64,000 nt of DNA from an uncultured virus (IMG/VR IMGVR_UViG_3300013902_000010) (IMGVR_UViG_3300013902_000010:1-64000); one strand, 5' to 3'. Counted from the stretch's first letter, positions 1 to 8,525 are shown. A program made the numbers and translations. Notes: generated by a model from the sequence alone, not told the origin.

Positions 1-94
1 CTGTTGCGCTTGAAGAAAAGCTTTCAGGGTGTGTTTTAGGATTGTAAAACTCTAACTATTAATTATTTGTATTCCCCGATGGGCTTAGAAATGC

Positions 95-102
95 AAAAAT
101 AT
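95..102 (-). promoter_or_regulatory. Bacteroidota -7 promoter box (TATTTTTG), leftward, divergent from the HTH gene
   Basis: Plus-strand caaaaata within the AT-rich 1-324 region matches TAnnTTTG on the minus strand. Confidence 0.5.
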
Positions 103-285
103 ATAATAGCAAAGTGGGATAAAAATAGAATTTATAGGGGTAAATAATAAATTTAATCCTAAAATCAATACAAAATATTACACTAAAATACACGAAAACG
201 CATTATTTACGATTGATTTTTCTTAAAATATTATAATAAAATATTATTTTACGCCAAAATATTAGGTATTAATAATAAAATATTG

Positions 286-293
286 TACTTTTG
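286..293 (+). promoter_or_regulatory. Bacteroidota -7 promoter box (TACTTTTG) for the HTH regulator
   Basis: Matches TAnnTTTG about 30 nt upstream of the ATG at 325. Confidence 0.7.
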
Positions 294-324
294 CAAGCGA
301 AGATTAATTAAACAATAAAATAAT

Positions 325-696
325 ATGAAGCAACTTGATATTAAACGAGCTTTAGCCGAAAGGGACATGACGCAAGCAGAGCTCTGCAAACGTACAGGAA
401 TACTCTCACAAAATATGAGAACAATTACGAATGGAAATCCTACGCTAGAGAAATTGATTAAAGTAGCGGAAGGAATTGGTTGTGATATTACCGACCTATT
501 TTACCCTGTTGAAGAAGAGGTTGAACAAGAGCTTGTATCTCAATCTTCCGACCCCTTCTCCCCACTATCCCCTGCCGACATCGACGAGCATATCATCAAG
601 GCACCAGCTTCGCAGGACGTGATGCCTGTAACCACATTCTGCCCACATTGCGGCAAGAAAGTAAGGGTAGGAGTGGTGCTGCTGCCCGAAGAGTAG
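325..696 (+). CDS. Cro/CI-type HTH transcriptional regulator with C-terminal CPHCG zinc-ribbon-like motif
   Basis: MTQAELCKRTGI...NPTLEKLIKVAEGIGCDITDLF is an XRE-type HTH. CPHCGK lies near the C-terminus. Confidence 0.85.
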   Translation: MKQLDIKRALAERDMTQAELCKRTGILSQNMRTITNGNPTLEKLIKVAEGIGCDITDLFYPVEEEVEQELVSQSSDPFSPLSPADIDEHIIKAPASQDVMPVTTFCPHCGKKVRVGVVLLPEE

Positions 697-810
697 GCAT
701 TTCGCACCAACAGAAAGAAACAAAAGGAGGGCATAGCCTTATTGCGAAAACCATATCGCAACATAGGCTATGCCCTTCATCTTTGCTCACGTCATTCTCC
801 AGAAATCGCT

Positions 811-1521
811 CTACTCGACGTATTCTCTTTCGGGCATGGAGAATGCACCTGGGCCCTCCAACTTTATGGATGTCTCTATGTACACTAGCTTGCTTACCTG
901 ATTTCGGTAGGAGTGATAGTAAGCACGACATCGGTCTGCCATCTTATCCAGTTCGTCGCCGTTTATATCCGCCTGCGCAAGCGTACCGCTCAATATGTCG
1001 AAGCGATCCTCTATCATCGCATTGTAGCGAGCCAAAGGTGCAAGCGTTTCCTCCAGGCTCATCGGCTTAGACTGAAACTGCTGGTTGCCCAGACTAATGC
1101 CACCGTTGGCTACCTTGTGGAATACTTGACGATACACCTCGAACACTGGGCGCACCTTTCGGGCGATGAAGAACTCCAAGCAAGGGACGGAAAGCATGTA
1201 GGTGTTCTGCGGGCGACCCATCTTACTCGCCTTTCCTCCATCTGATATGCTGCCACCATTATTCTCTACTTTTAAGCCGTTTTGGTACAAAACTCCAGAC
1301 TTTTCAGCATTTGTGCTTAAAACTTGATAATCAATGCCTTTCACAAACAAATCGCTCTTTCCTAAAGCTCGCACCGCATCATGGCGGAATTTAAATACCA
1401 ACGGCCAAACATCATCCAAGTTCACCGGAAATTCCTCCTTGCTTCTTGCAAGGTTCAATACCTGAATGAAGTACGCCTTAATCTCACTCTCACTACTCTG
1501 TTTTGTCAAATGATTCATCAT
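811..1521 (-). CDS. Phage antirepressor-like DNA-binding protein
   Basis: FPVNLDDVWPLVF...GIDY...GRPQNTYMLSVPCLEFFIARKVRPVFEVYRQVFHK resembles Bacteroidota antirepressor N-terminal domains. Start is taken at MMNHL; the ORF track extends to 1572. Confidence 0.7.
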   Translation of the reverse strand: MMNHLTKQSSESEIKAYFIQVLNLARSKEEFPVNLDDVWPLVFKFRHDAVRALGKSDLFVKGIDYQVLSTNAEKSGVLYQNGLKVENNGGSISDGGKASKMGRPQNTYMLSVPCLEFFIARKVRPVFEVYRQVFHKVANGGISLGNQQFQSKPMSLEETLAPLARYNAMIEDRFDILSGTLAQADINGDELDKMADRCRAYYHSYRNQVSKLVYIETSIKLEGPGAFSMPEREYVE

Positions 1522-1622
1522 TTTAAATAAATGTTTTAATGTTTTCTTAATTGAACTAAGAGTTTTCCCCATTTTGGTGGAAAACCTACCCGATTATTTA
1601 CCTTAATTGATGCGGTTACTCA

Positions 1623-1735
1623 CCTTTCGGACGGATAATGTACTTTTCGGTACGTTTTATTCTCTTTTCAGTACGGATAACGCACTTTTCAGTACGCTTA
1701 TCCACCTTTTCGGTACGCTCACTTTACCTTTTAGT
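1623..1735. repeat. 21-bp period imperfect tandem array, core CTTTTCRGTACG
   Basis: Core at 1643, 1664, 1685 and 1706, with degenerate copies on either side. Confidence 0.85.
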
Positions 1736-1770
1736 AAACCGAGCCATCGACACAACCGCATCATCATCTT

Positions 1771-2037
1771 CTATCCCTTGGATGCGGAAGCAAGAGGCAC
1801 AGGCTGCACCGCAAGGGTGGAGCGCAAGCAAGTGATGAGTAGGTTCACGCCCATACCATACGATATGACGCATTCTTCGCTCATGGTGGAAAAATCGGGT
1901 GGAGTAGTGGCAAGATACTCAATTACTGCCAGAGCTGCATCCTGGATGTCAGCCTTACCCATCGGTAGGGTAATCAAAGTTTCTTTTGTCATTGATTCTC
2001 TGAGTTTATTTAAAAAAGTTAGACTATATGCGTACAC
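1771..2037 (-). CDS. Small hypothetical protein upstream of the antirepressor
   Basis: 88-aa ORF (or shorter, from MTKETL) lying between the structured leader and the antirepressor. Confidence 0.55.
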   Translation of the reverse strand: MYAYSLTFLNKLRESMTKETLITLPMGKADIQDAALAVIEYLATTPPDFSTMSEECVISYGMGVNLLITCLRSTLAVQPVPLASASKG

Positions 2038-2081
2038 ATTATTATATATATGAGATTTCTTAGGTCTGCATAAAATAAAAG

Positions 2082-2300
2082 GCAGTACGCCTCGCCCTTT
2101 GTCTAATGATTCTAAACTCAGAGTAGGAAAGAATCACGCCCAAGGTATTACGCCATGGGCAAGGGAGTACGCACCGCTATCTCGTATATATATCAATATA
2201 TTCTGATGGTGTAGCTATACTACGTTCTATCCATACCAAAGATACATCGCAAAAGATGCTTCCTTGGTACTTACTCTGAGCTTTGATTTATTTTTAGACG
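2082..2300 (-). ncRNA. Putative structured leader RNA of the antirepressor operon
   Basis: Begins just after the TATCTTTG box at 2304-2311. Complementary pairs: 2117-2125/2272-2280 (9 bp perfect), 2101-2106/2294-2299 and 2082-2100/2161-2177, plus local hairpins. Confidence 0.55.
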
Positions 2301-2303
2301 CTG

Positions 2304-2311
2304 CAAAGATA
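2304..2311 (-). promoter_or_regulatory. Bacteroidota -7 promoter box (TATCTTTG)
   Basis: Plus-strand caaagata. Confidence 0.7.
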
Positions 2312-2566
2312 CGCAATTTCATCGGAACCACCAAACTTTTCGCCAAAAATCGTATCAAATTTAAGAAATGAAACTAAAAACGGAACGTAGTCTTCGCATA
2401 AGAAACATGAAAACAACAAAAAGTGCATCCATCCTCACGGACAAATGCACCAGAATTAAGCAAAATGACACTAAAATTATCAAATCGAATTTTTCCTTCA
2501 TCAAAGGCTCCCCTCTCCGATCGGCGAGAGGAGGCCATCCGTTCGCACCATGGGCGAGGGAAGAGA

Positions 2567-3088
2567 TTATCCCTCGTCTGTGCTGTCACTACCACTCGAA
2601 CCAGAGCCACCCGAACCAGTAGAGCCGCTACCCGAACCACCGGAAGCAGAGCCACCCGAACCAGTAGAGCCGCTGCCGCCCGATGCAGAGCCACCTGCCG
2701 ATGCAGGAGTTTTTACATTGCCTGTGATGTCGAGGTCGCCGAGGCGCACCTTCATATCATCACCCACCAGCGTGCGAAGGTAGCCGAAAGGGTTGCCAAT
2801 CTTGTGCTGGCTCTTGTAAGCCTTGATTACAAGCTGGTAGTTGTCGCTACCCTTAGGCTGCTTGGAGGAAGGCTTGTTGGCGTTCCACCATGCTGCGGCA
2901 AACTTGGCACGGGTTACGAAAGCCGTTCTTACCTGCTGCTGTGCCTCGGTATTGGCATCCGTGTGCTCGTGACGCTCGGAACGATAAGTGTTGCCCGTCT
3001 GTTTATTGACGGAATAGATTACTCCGCTCTTGGAGCAGAGTTTGCCCGATATGGATTCAATATCGGGTGCAAAATTAACTTTTGCCAT
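2567..3088 (-). CDS. Hypothetical basic protein with a Gly/Ser-rich C-terminal tail
   Basis: 173-aa ORF with a ...SISGKL...TEAQQQVRTAF... N-terminal region and GGSASGGSGSTGS repeats. Lies downstream of a late-type promoter. Confidence 0.75.
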   Translation of the reverse strand: MAKVNFAPDIESISGKLCSKSGVIYSVNKQTGNTYRSERHEHTDANTEAQQQVRTAFVTRAKFAAAWWNANKPSSKQPKGSDNYQLVIKAYKSQHKIGNPFGYLRTLVGDDMKVRLGDLDITGNVKTPASAGGSASGGSGSTGSGGSASGGSGSGSTGSGGSGSSGSDSTDEG

Positions 3089-3157
3089 AAGCGAAAGAAA
3101 TTTTAAAGGTTTATATTTTTATTCTACGAGACCAGACCCATCAGGAGAAACCGCATC

Positions 3158-3455
3158 GAAATCATCGGAGAAATCAACATATCGAAATCAACCAAGAAAT
3201 CACCCAAGAAATCGCCTAAGAAATCACCTAAGAAATTACCCGAAATTTTACTCCGAGTTTTCTCCAAAACGGCTTCCATGGATATTTCATGGATATTTCA
3301 TGGATATTTCATGGTTATTTCACGACGGCTTCTCTAAGAATCCATCCGAAAACCGAGATTTTTCACTGAAATTCTCGTTTGAGTTTTCCGTGAGTTTTCT
3401 GTGAGTTCGCTGAGAGTTTTCCGTGAGTTCGCTGCGAGTTTTCTGCGAGTTCTCT
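3158..3455. repeat. Three adjacent short-period arrays (12-bp AAGAAATCRCCY; 11-bp CATGGATATTT; 11-bp GAGTTYKCYGY)
   Basis: AAGAAAT at 3194, 3206, 3218 and 3230. CATGGWTATTT at 3277, 3288, 3299 and 3310. GAGTT at 3381, 3392, 3403, 3414, 3425, 3436 and 3447. Confidence 0.9.
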
Positions 3456-3522
3456 TTGATTTCTTTTTGCGAGCTTTCTCCGGTCGAAAGACACGAAATC
3501 TCCCTTTGGATTTTCTCTGATG

Positions 3523-3559
3523 CAAAGGTACGAAAATCCCTATAAACGGTAGGGACAAA
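3523..3559 (-). promoter_or_regulatory. Phage late-type promoter TTTGTCCC-N21-TACCTTTG (copy 1)
   Basis: Plus strand caaaggta 3523-3530 and gggacaaa 3552-3559. The same layout occurs at three other loci. Confidence 0.7.
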
Positions 3560-3582
3560 CCACAGATAGGCAAACGTCTCTA

Positions 3583-3633
3583 TCAACATTCATTGCACCC
3601 TTGCTTCAACATTCATTACACCCTTGCTTCAAC
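3583..3633. repeat. 23-bp tandem duplication TCAACATTCATTRCACCCTTGCT
   Basis: Copies at 3583-3605 and 3606-3628 plus a partial third, between divergent promoters. Confidence 0.85.
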
Positions 3634-3706
3634 CGAAAATACATCTTATCTTTCGCCCGAATGTATTTTTCCCGTCACATTCCATTGCAGTCTCATTCTT
3701 TTTGCG

Positions 3707-3714
3707 TATCTTTG
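3707..3714 (+). promoter_or_regulatory. -7 promoter box (TATCTTTG) for the lipoprotein gene
   Basis: Matches TAnnTTTG. Confidence 0.65.
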
Positions 3715-3760
3715 CAGCGAAGAAGAAATGAAGATAAAGAAAAATAAAAAACTAAGAATT

Positions 3761-4279
3761 ATGAAGAAATCTACAACTTTACGAGGTGGATGGCGCAAGC
3801 GCATCATCGGGCTATCTACGTCGATGGCAATGGGCATCGCAGCCCTGGTATCTACCGTATCTCTCTCGGCTTGCAGTAAGGACGATGAGAGTATCATCGA
3901 GCATCTGAATAAAGAGAGTGAGAAGTTTTATGCCTATTGGGGTGAAAACCTGTCTTATCTACAAGGCATCTGGGTGGAGGAATCGAAAAAGAACGACCCT
4001 GGTGCAGGCTACACGATCATTAAGGATAATGGAAATTTTGAGTCGGTGGACATGCTAGACAGCAACCGATCTCGTTCGGGTAACATCGGACAGGTGGCGG
4101 GCGACAAGAACTTGCTCATCTTTTCCAATTACTGGGCTAACTGGCGATTGGATTTGCACGCCGAGTGGGCGAACGACAGTCATACCCGCCTAAAGACTTA
4201 TCCGGACGGCACAGACCCGAACCAGCGTGCCGAGTACTGGGTGAAAGTGAACAGTATTCCAGCCAACTGGGTAAGATAA
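3761..4279 (+). CDS. Putative surface lipoprotein (moron)
   Basis: Basic N-terminus, hydrophobic stretch and lipobox LSAC followed by SKDDE. Has its own promoter and is on the opposite strand to the phage genes. Confidence 0.8.
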   Translation: MKKSTTLRGGWRKRIIGLSTSMAMGIAALVSTVSLSACSKDDESIIEHLNKESEKFYAYWGENLSYLQGIWVEESKKNDPGAGYTIIKDNGNFESVDMLDSNRSRSGNIGQVAGDKNLLIFSNYWANWRLDLHAEWANDSHTRLKTYPDGTDPNQRAEYWVKVNSIPANWVR

Positions 4280-4347
4280 AAAAATAAGGAAAGACTACTT
4301 TTTGTGCGTGATATTTTGCGTATCTCGCAAGAAATGTGTACCTTTGC

Positions 4348-4442
4348 AGCGAATTTAGTCTTTTCGGTGTGCGCAAGCACATCGAATTTCTAAAATAATC
4401 TATAATAAAAAGCCCTGCCGTCCGCGATGGATAGCAGGGCTT
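4348..4442 (+). ncRNA. Candidate small RNA
   Basis: Full TTTG(4315)-N20-TACCTTTG(4339) promoter with no ORF downstream. Hairpin TTCGGTGTGC-GCAA-GCACATCGAA at 4363-4386, then a GC-rich hairpin at 4410-4442. Confidence 0.45.
4407..4442. terminator. Intrinsic terminator-like hairpin between convergent units
   Basis: AAGCCCTGC...GCAGGGCTT with a flanking A run (U tract on the minus strand). Confidence 0.7.
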
Positions 4443-4547
4443 GTCGTTTTAACAAACAAGACTCTCTCAAGGCAAAAACGGCTGCTACTCATCCCGAGCA
4501 ACAGCCATCGAAACAATGTTTAATTAACACGATAAAAAAGCTTATAG

Positions 4548-4982
4548 CTAAACAATCTTTATTCTAACCTTCTCTCCTATTTCCCAAGCCTTCTTCATCT
4601 CATCTATCAGACTATTTGTCCAGAACTTCGAGTTGCTAATCCAACCCACCTTGTCATTCTTGCCAAAGAGCAAGCATCCCTCTGTGTCCTTGGCGGAATT
4701 GCCACTATGAATGCGGATGCCCTCGAAACCTGTGACATTCTCCAAGAGAGGAAGTTTCTTTCCAAAACGAGGCGAGTAAGTGTAGATGACGTTGTACGTT
4801 CCCTTTGGTATCGCCGTCTTGCCTTTTACCTTGACAGCAAGAATATCTTTGGTACTCATGCCTTGGTACAGACCACGATCTGTGTCCTCCAGGCAGTTGC
4901 AATGAAAATCCTCACCATTCACATATACCTTACTAATGGTATAGTCCTTTTTCTTCCATTCTCTAACTATCATTATTTCCAT
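4548..4982 (-). CDS. DUF5675-like putative cell-wall enzyme (L,D-transpeptidase-like fold)
   Basis: LEDTDRGL...TAIPKGTY...YSPRF...FEGIRIHSGN...DTEGCLL, with the His/Cys pair typical of this family. Confidence 0.8.
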   Translation of the reverse strand: MEIMIVREWKKKDYTISKVYVNGEDFHCNCLEDTDRGLYQGMSTKDILAVKVKGKTAIPKGTYNVIYTYSPRFGKKLPLLENVTGFEGIRIHSGNSAKDTEGCLLFGKNDKVGWISNSKFWTNSLIDEMKKAWEIGEKVRIKIV

Positions 4983-4988
4983 AAGCCA

Positions 4989-5243
4989 CTATAATATCCA
5001 ATCAATAATCAAATAATTAACAACACTACCAAGAAGTATCACGATGGAATATCTCACCACGTCTTCCCACTCGAACCTTGAGAGATGATACTTCTCGTAT
5101 TGATATATCTCTCGCCACACCATGAGCGGGATTGCAACAAGACCAATCACGACACCCACCAAGAACCAACAGACGAGACCGATGCAGTCTCGCTTGTTGA
5201 ATGTCATTAGATTTTTCCAAAACTCTCTCATACGCATAGCCAA
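4989..5243 (-). CDS. Small membrane protein, possible holin
   Basis: 84 aa with two hydrophobic segments, directly upstream of the DUF5675-like gene. Confidence 0.55.
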   Translation of the reverse strand: MAMRMREFWKNLMTFNKRDCIGLVCWFLVGVVIGLVAIPLMVWREIYQYEKYHLSRFEWEDVVRYSIVILLGSVVNYLIIDWIL

Positions 5244-5788
5244 TAAGTCAGGAACACATCAAGGAATCCTGCCACCTCAGCCCAGTACCAAGGATGGATT
5301 TTCACTCTCTTATCACCAATGTACCAAATGCCATCGGCAAACTTGGCAGACTGAACCAGCAAGAGATAGATGAGATATATCGCACCGATGATGAGCGTCA
5401 TCCACCAACATACCGACAGACACCATCCCACGCAGCCAATAGCTGCTACGATAGCACCGCCCTTGTGAATCGGATAGGTGTCCTTATCCACGTAGTTTGG
5501 GGCAATACCCACGAAGCATAGCCCAGCGCAACCAAGGAAGGCGAGACACTGCACGCCTCTGCCGCTATCCAATAAACACACCATCATCAAGCCTCCCACG
5601 AGAATCATGATGCCAGTGAACACCGCACCGTAGTTACATTTCTCCTTTCCGCCTATTACTTCGCTACCTGTGCAACCTTGCAACTGGTAGTAGGTATCAC
5701 TCACCATGTCGGGCACACCGAAGCGCATCGCCGACAAAACCAAATAGCCTCCCAACAGGAGGAATGAAATCATACTCAATAACCACAT
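5228..5788 (-). CDS. Multi-pass membrane protein
   Basis: 186 aa with five to six hydrophobic segments. Confidence 0.7.
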   Translation of the reverse strand: MWLLSMISFLLLGGYLVLSAMRFGVPDMVSDTYYQLQGCTGSEVIGGKEKCNYGAVFTGIMILVGGLMMVCLLDSGRGVQCLAFLGCAGLCFVGIAPNYVDKDTYPIHKGGAIVAAIGCVGWCLSVCWWMTLIIGAIYLIYLLLVQSAKFADGIWYIGDKRVKIHPWYWAEVAGFLDVFLTYWLCV

Positions 5789-5887
5789 AATCTTTTATTT
5801 TTACTAAAATTTAACTGAGGTGTAGGCCTACACAAGTCCTACACCAGATTATACAACCACCATTTTCGTGGGGTCACGCAAATGGTA

Positions 5888-6622
5888 CTATACATTCATT
5901 TCGAGCTGTGCTGGATAGCCTGCCTTGATGTCGTAGGATTCCACCTCTTCGATGGTCGTCAGCTCGCTCACCTCCTTCTTGTGCTTGGCGGTGACATTAA
6001 AACACTCCAAGGCATACATCTCCAAGGCAGAGAGTAGCTGGATAGCCTTGTCGCATTCCACCGTCAGTTTATTCTCCCCAAGCCACAAATCGGTGGTCTC
6101 ACTGCCCATACTCTTGGCGATGGTCGTGGAGTTCATTAATCCCACACGAGTAGCCTTGTCAAGCCACACCACCATGCCGTTGAGCTTGAATCCGTTCACG
6201 TCGTCGGAGGCATCGTAGGCAATGATGTCTGCGAGTTTCTCCTTCTTGGATTTCTCCAAGGTCTCCTTGCATCGCTCCTGCCATTCCTCGCTCACAAGCC
6301 CATGCTGGCTCTCCCCGAGGTTCATCAGGTAGGCGGCACGCTCCTTGCACTTGTTGCGACATTCCGTGAGCTCGGCATATTCCTCATCGGCATCCATCGC
6401 ACCATTGAGCTTATTCTGCACAATGGCTTCCACGTCGCTTACGGAATACTTGCTTCGCACCAAGGCAGAGACAATGGCGTCGTAATCCCACACGCCAGTC
6501 TCCAAGGTGACGAAATCGTTGCCGCCGCTCTCAACAGCAACCGAGACCTTGTTCCTCCCGAGGTCGTTCTCGATGCGAATGTCCTCGACCTCGCTTGTCT
6601 TCATCTCATTTTCATTTGCCAT
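5888..6622 (-). CDS. DUF4376-like tail-fibre-associated protein
   Basis: YDASDDVNGFKLNG...WLDKATRVGLMNS...LEMYALECFNVTAKHK...YDIKAGYP. The start overlaps the RT stop. Confidence 0.75.
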   Translation of the reverse strand: MANENEMKTSEVEDIRIENDLGRNKVSVAVESGGNDFVTLETGVWDYDAIVSALVRSKYSVSDVEAIVQNKLNGAMDADEEYAELTECRNKCKERAAYLMNLGESQHGLVSEEWQERCKETLEKSKKEKLADIIAYDASDDVNGFKLNGMVVWLDKATRVGLMNSTTIAKSMGSETTDLWLGENKLTVECDKAIQLLSALEMYALECFNVTAKHKKEVSELTTIEEVESYDIKAGYPAQLEMNV

Positions 6623-8036
6623 AATATTCCCTTTCCTTTAAAATGTTATTAATCCTATATTCATTTCTGATTCTGAAATTCTCGTACCTCCCCACTACAT
6701 AGAGGTAATCGAAGAACGGCTTGCACTTCCGCACGGCCCTCCGCCTTATCGCATAGGTATCTCTGCCCACCATGAAACCCATGTAGCTGTTCAGGCTCGA
6801 AAGGTAATGCTCCAAGGCATAGGCATCATCGAGCGTGAACACACGCCGCCTCCCTACCTTGCGAAGAAAACACCCCAAGTCGTGCATGGTGGAATAGAAG
6901 CCACCCACCGTCCTGTTGGCGGTATAGACCCTGTCCATCTTGATGACCGCCCCCACGAAGTACACGCCTTTCCTCACCTCCTGTATGTACTGCTTGTCGT
7001 GGTGCATCTCCATGTTCAGTCTCTCTCGAAGAAAGGCATCCGCACTGTCACGTAGCATCAGCACATCCCCCTTGTGACGGCACACCACGGCGAAGTCATC
7101 CACGAAACGCTCGTACCTTGCGCCAAGAGCCTCGCATAGCCCCATCATGTAGCCGTCAAGAAACGAAAGGTAGAAGTTGGCCAAGAGCTGTGACGTGATG
7201 TTGCCGATGGGCATCCCTCTAAATCGCTCTACGTTGAAGAGAGACTTATGCTTGGGTAGCTTCTCCCACAAGGACAAGTCCCCATGCTTGACGCAGTTGT
7301 CCTGCGGCCTGTGTCTTATCGTCACCGTCAGCAGATACACAAGCGTCTCCAAGTCATCGCCCTTGTAATACTTCCTCACGAAAGCCACGGTGTATCGCTC
7401 CAATATCCGTATGTCGATGCTCATAAAGAACGAGCGTATGTCGAAGCGACCCACCCAAGCCTCCTTTGTATAGTTCTCGCTAAGCTCCATGATGTCACGT
7501 CTCAGAGCCAAGACAGCCTTCTGGGTGCCACGTTTCTTCCTACAGTTCCACGACACATCGCCTTGCGCAACGAATCGCTGCTCAAAAAGCGGCTCTATCC
7601 TCATGGCTATCCAATGCTGTACGATACGGTCACGGAAGGCGGCGGCGAAAATCTCCCTTATCTTGGGAAACCTCACGCAGAAGCAGACGCTCGTACTCGG
7701 GACATACCTGTGTTCCTCGCACTCATATATAAGCTCCATCAAGTCCTCCTCGTGCAAACGATACAAGGTACACTGCTCGCTCGACATCTTGTTGGCAAGG
7801 CAAGCGAAGTAAGCGTTCATCCAACCATCTATTCTTCTGTCATCAAGAGCGGCGACAGGACGAACAAGATTACTATTATACTTGTTGTTGTTGTTGTTGA
7901 CCTGCCCACTGACTGGATTGATATTCCAAGAATTATTAGCGGAATACTCCGAGGCGGCGATGCGCACTAACTTGGTCTTAACAAGCGGTTCCACGCTTGT
8001 GGCGCAACCATTTAATAAAACAGAAGAGTACATCAT
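6612..8036 (-). CDS. DGR reverse transcriptase, with the template repeat in frame in its 5' part
   Basis: REIFAAAFRDRIVQH, FDIRSFFMSI, GMPIGNITSQLLANFYL (DGR-type SQ) and RFVDD catalytic motif. No maturase or endonuclease extension. Confidence 0.95.
   Translation of the reverse strand: MMYSSVLLNGCATSVEPLVKTKLVRIAASEYSANNSWNINPVSGQVNNNNNKYNSNLVRPVAALDDRRIDGWMNAYFACLANKMSSEQCTLYRLHEEDLMELIYECEEHRYVPSTSVCFCVRFPKIREIFAAAFRDRIVQHWIAMRIEPLFEQRFVAQGDVSWNCRKKRGTQKAVLALRRDIMELSENYTKEAWVGRFDIRSFFMSIDIRILERYTVAFVRKYYKGDDLETLVYLLTVTIRHRPQDNCVKHGDLSLWEKLPKHKSLFNVERFRGMPIGNITSQLLANFYLSFLDGYMMGLCEALGARYERFVDDFAVVCRHKGDVLMLRDSADAFLRERLNMEMHHDKQYIQEVRKGVYFVGAVIKMDRVYTANRTVGGFYSTMHDLGCFLRKVGRRRVFTLDDAYALEHYLSSLNSYMGFMVGRDTYAIRRRAVRKCKPFFDYLYVVGRYENFRIRNEYRINNILKEREYYGK
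7849..7957 (-). repeat. DGR template repeat (TR), 109 bp
   Basis: Aligns without gaps to 8719-8827. All 11 mismatches are at TR adenines on the coding strand. Rich in AAC/AAT codons. Confidence 0.97.
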
Positions 8037-8051
8037 ATCCAGAAATCGTAA

Positions 8052-8525
8052 TCACTGAACACGTGCGGTCTGACCCATTCTTCTTGTCATTGCGGCTCTC
8101 TGCCACGCACCAATCTCCCTGCCCAGCTTCCCGAACACGGTCAAAAGGTGGGTGTATTGCACATTACTTATCACCCTGCCATGGTCAGGCTTCTTGCTCA
8201 CGACAAGTTCACCGCCAGCCTGGGCGACCAGCTCGGATTTCTCCTTCCTCGAATACCAGTAGAGTTCCCTACAAGCGGACTTCACGATGGTCATGGAATG
8301 GATAAGAGCTGAGATATAGGCAATACGTTGGTCAAGACCTGGAGAGTTGAGCGCAAACTCCGTGGCCGACATGGCTTCCATCGTCTCGTTCACCATGCGG
8401 CTGCCCACGACCTGCAATCCAAGCGAATGCTTGGGTATGCGCTCGCAAATAGCCATCAAGTCACAGAGCAACAGCTCCAACTTCCTGTAAATGGATGATT
8501 GTATCGCGCTTCTTCTCTTTGCCAT
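8052..8525 (-). CDS. avd: Avd-like accessory protein (four-helix bundle) of the DGR
   Basis: Basic helical 157-aa protein between the target gene and TR/RT. ...RIPKHSLGL...GSRMVNE... and C-terminal LGREIGAW resemble Avd. Confidence 0.8.
   Translation of the reverse strand: MAKRRSAIQSSIYRKLELLLCDLMAICERIPKHSLGLQVVGSRMVNETMEAMSATEFALNSPGLDQRIAYISALIHSMTIVKSACRELYWYSRKEKSELVAQAGGELVVSKKPDHGRVISNVQYTHLLTVFGKLGREIGAWQRAAMTRRMGQTARVQ

Noticed and set aside
3030..3589. ORFs 3030-3404, 3320-3589 and 3334-3573
   Set aside because: They are translations of the repeat arrays, and the minus-strand ones start upstream of or across the promoter.
5858..5886. Palindrome ACCATTTTCGTG...CACGCAAATGGT as a mobile element end
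   Set aside because: Single copy with no transposase; more simply an intergenic hairpin.
6612..8036. RT as a group II intron, retron or Abi-type enzyme
   Set aside because: The SQ motif, the Avd-like neighbour and the adenine-specific TR/VR pair identify a DGR. No maturase domain is visible.
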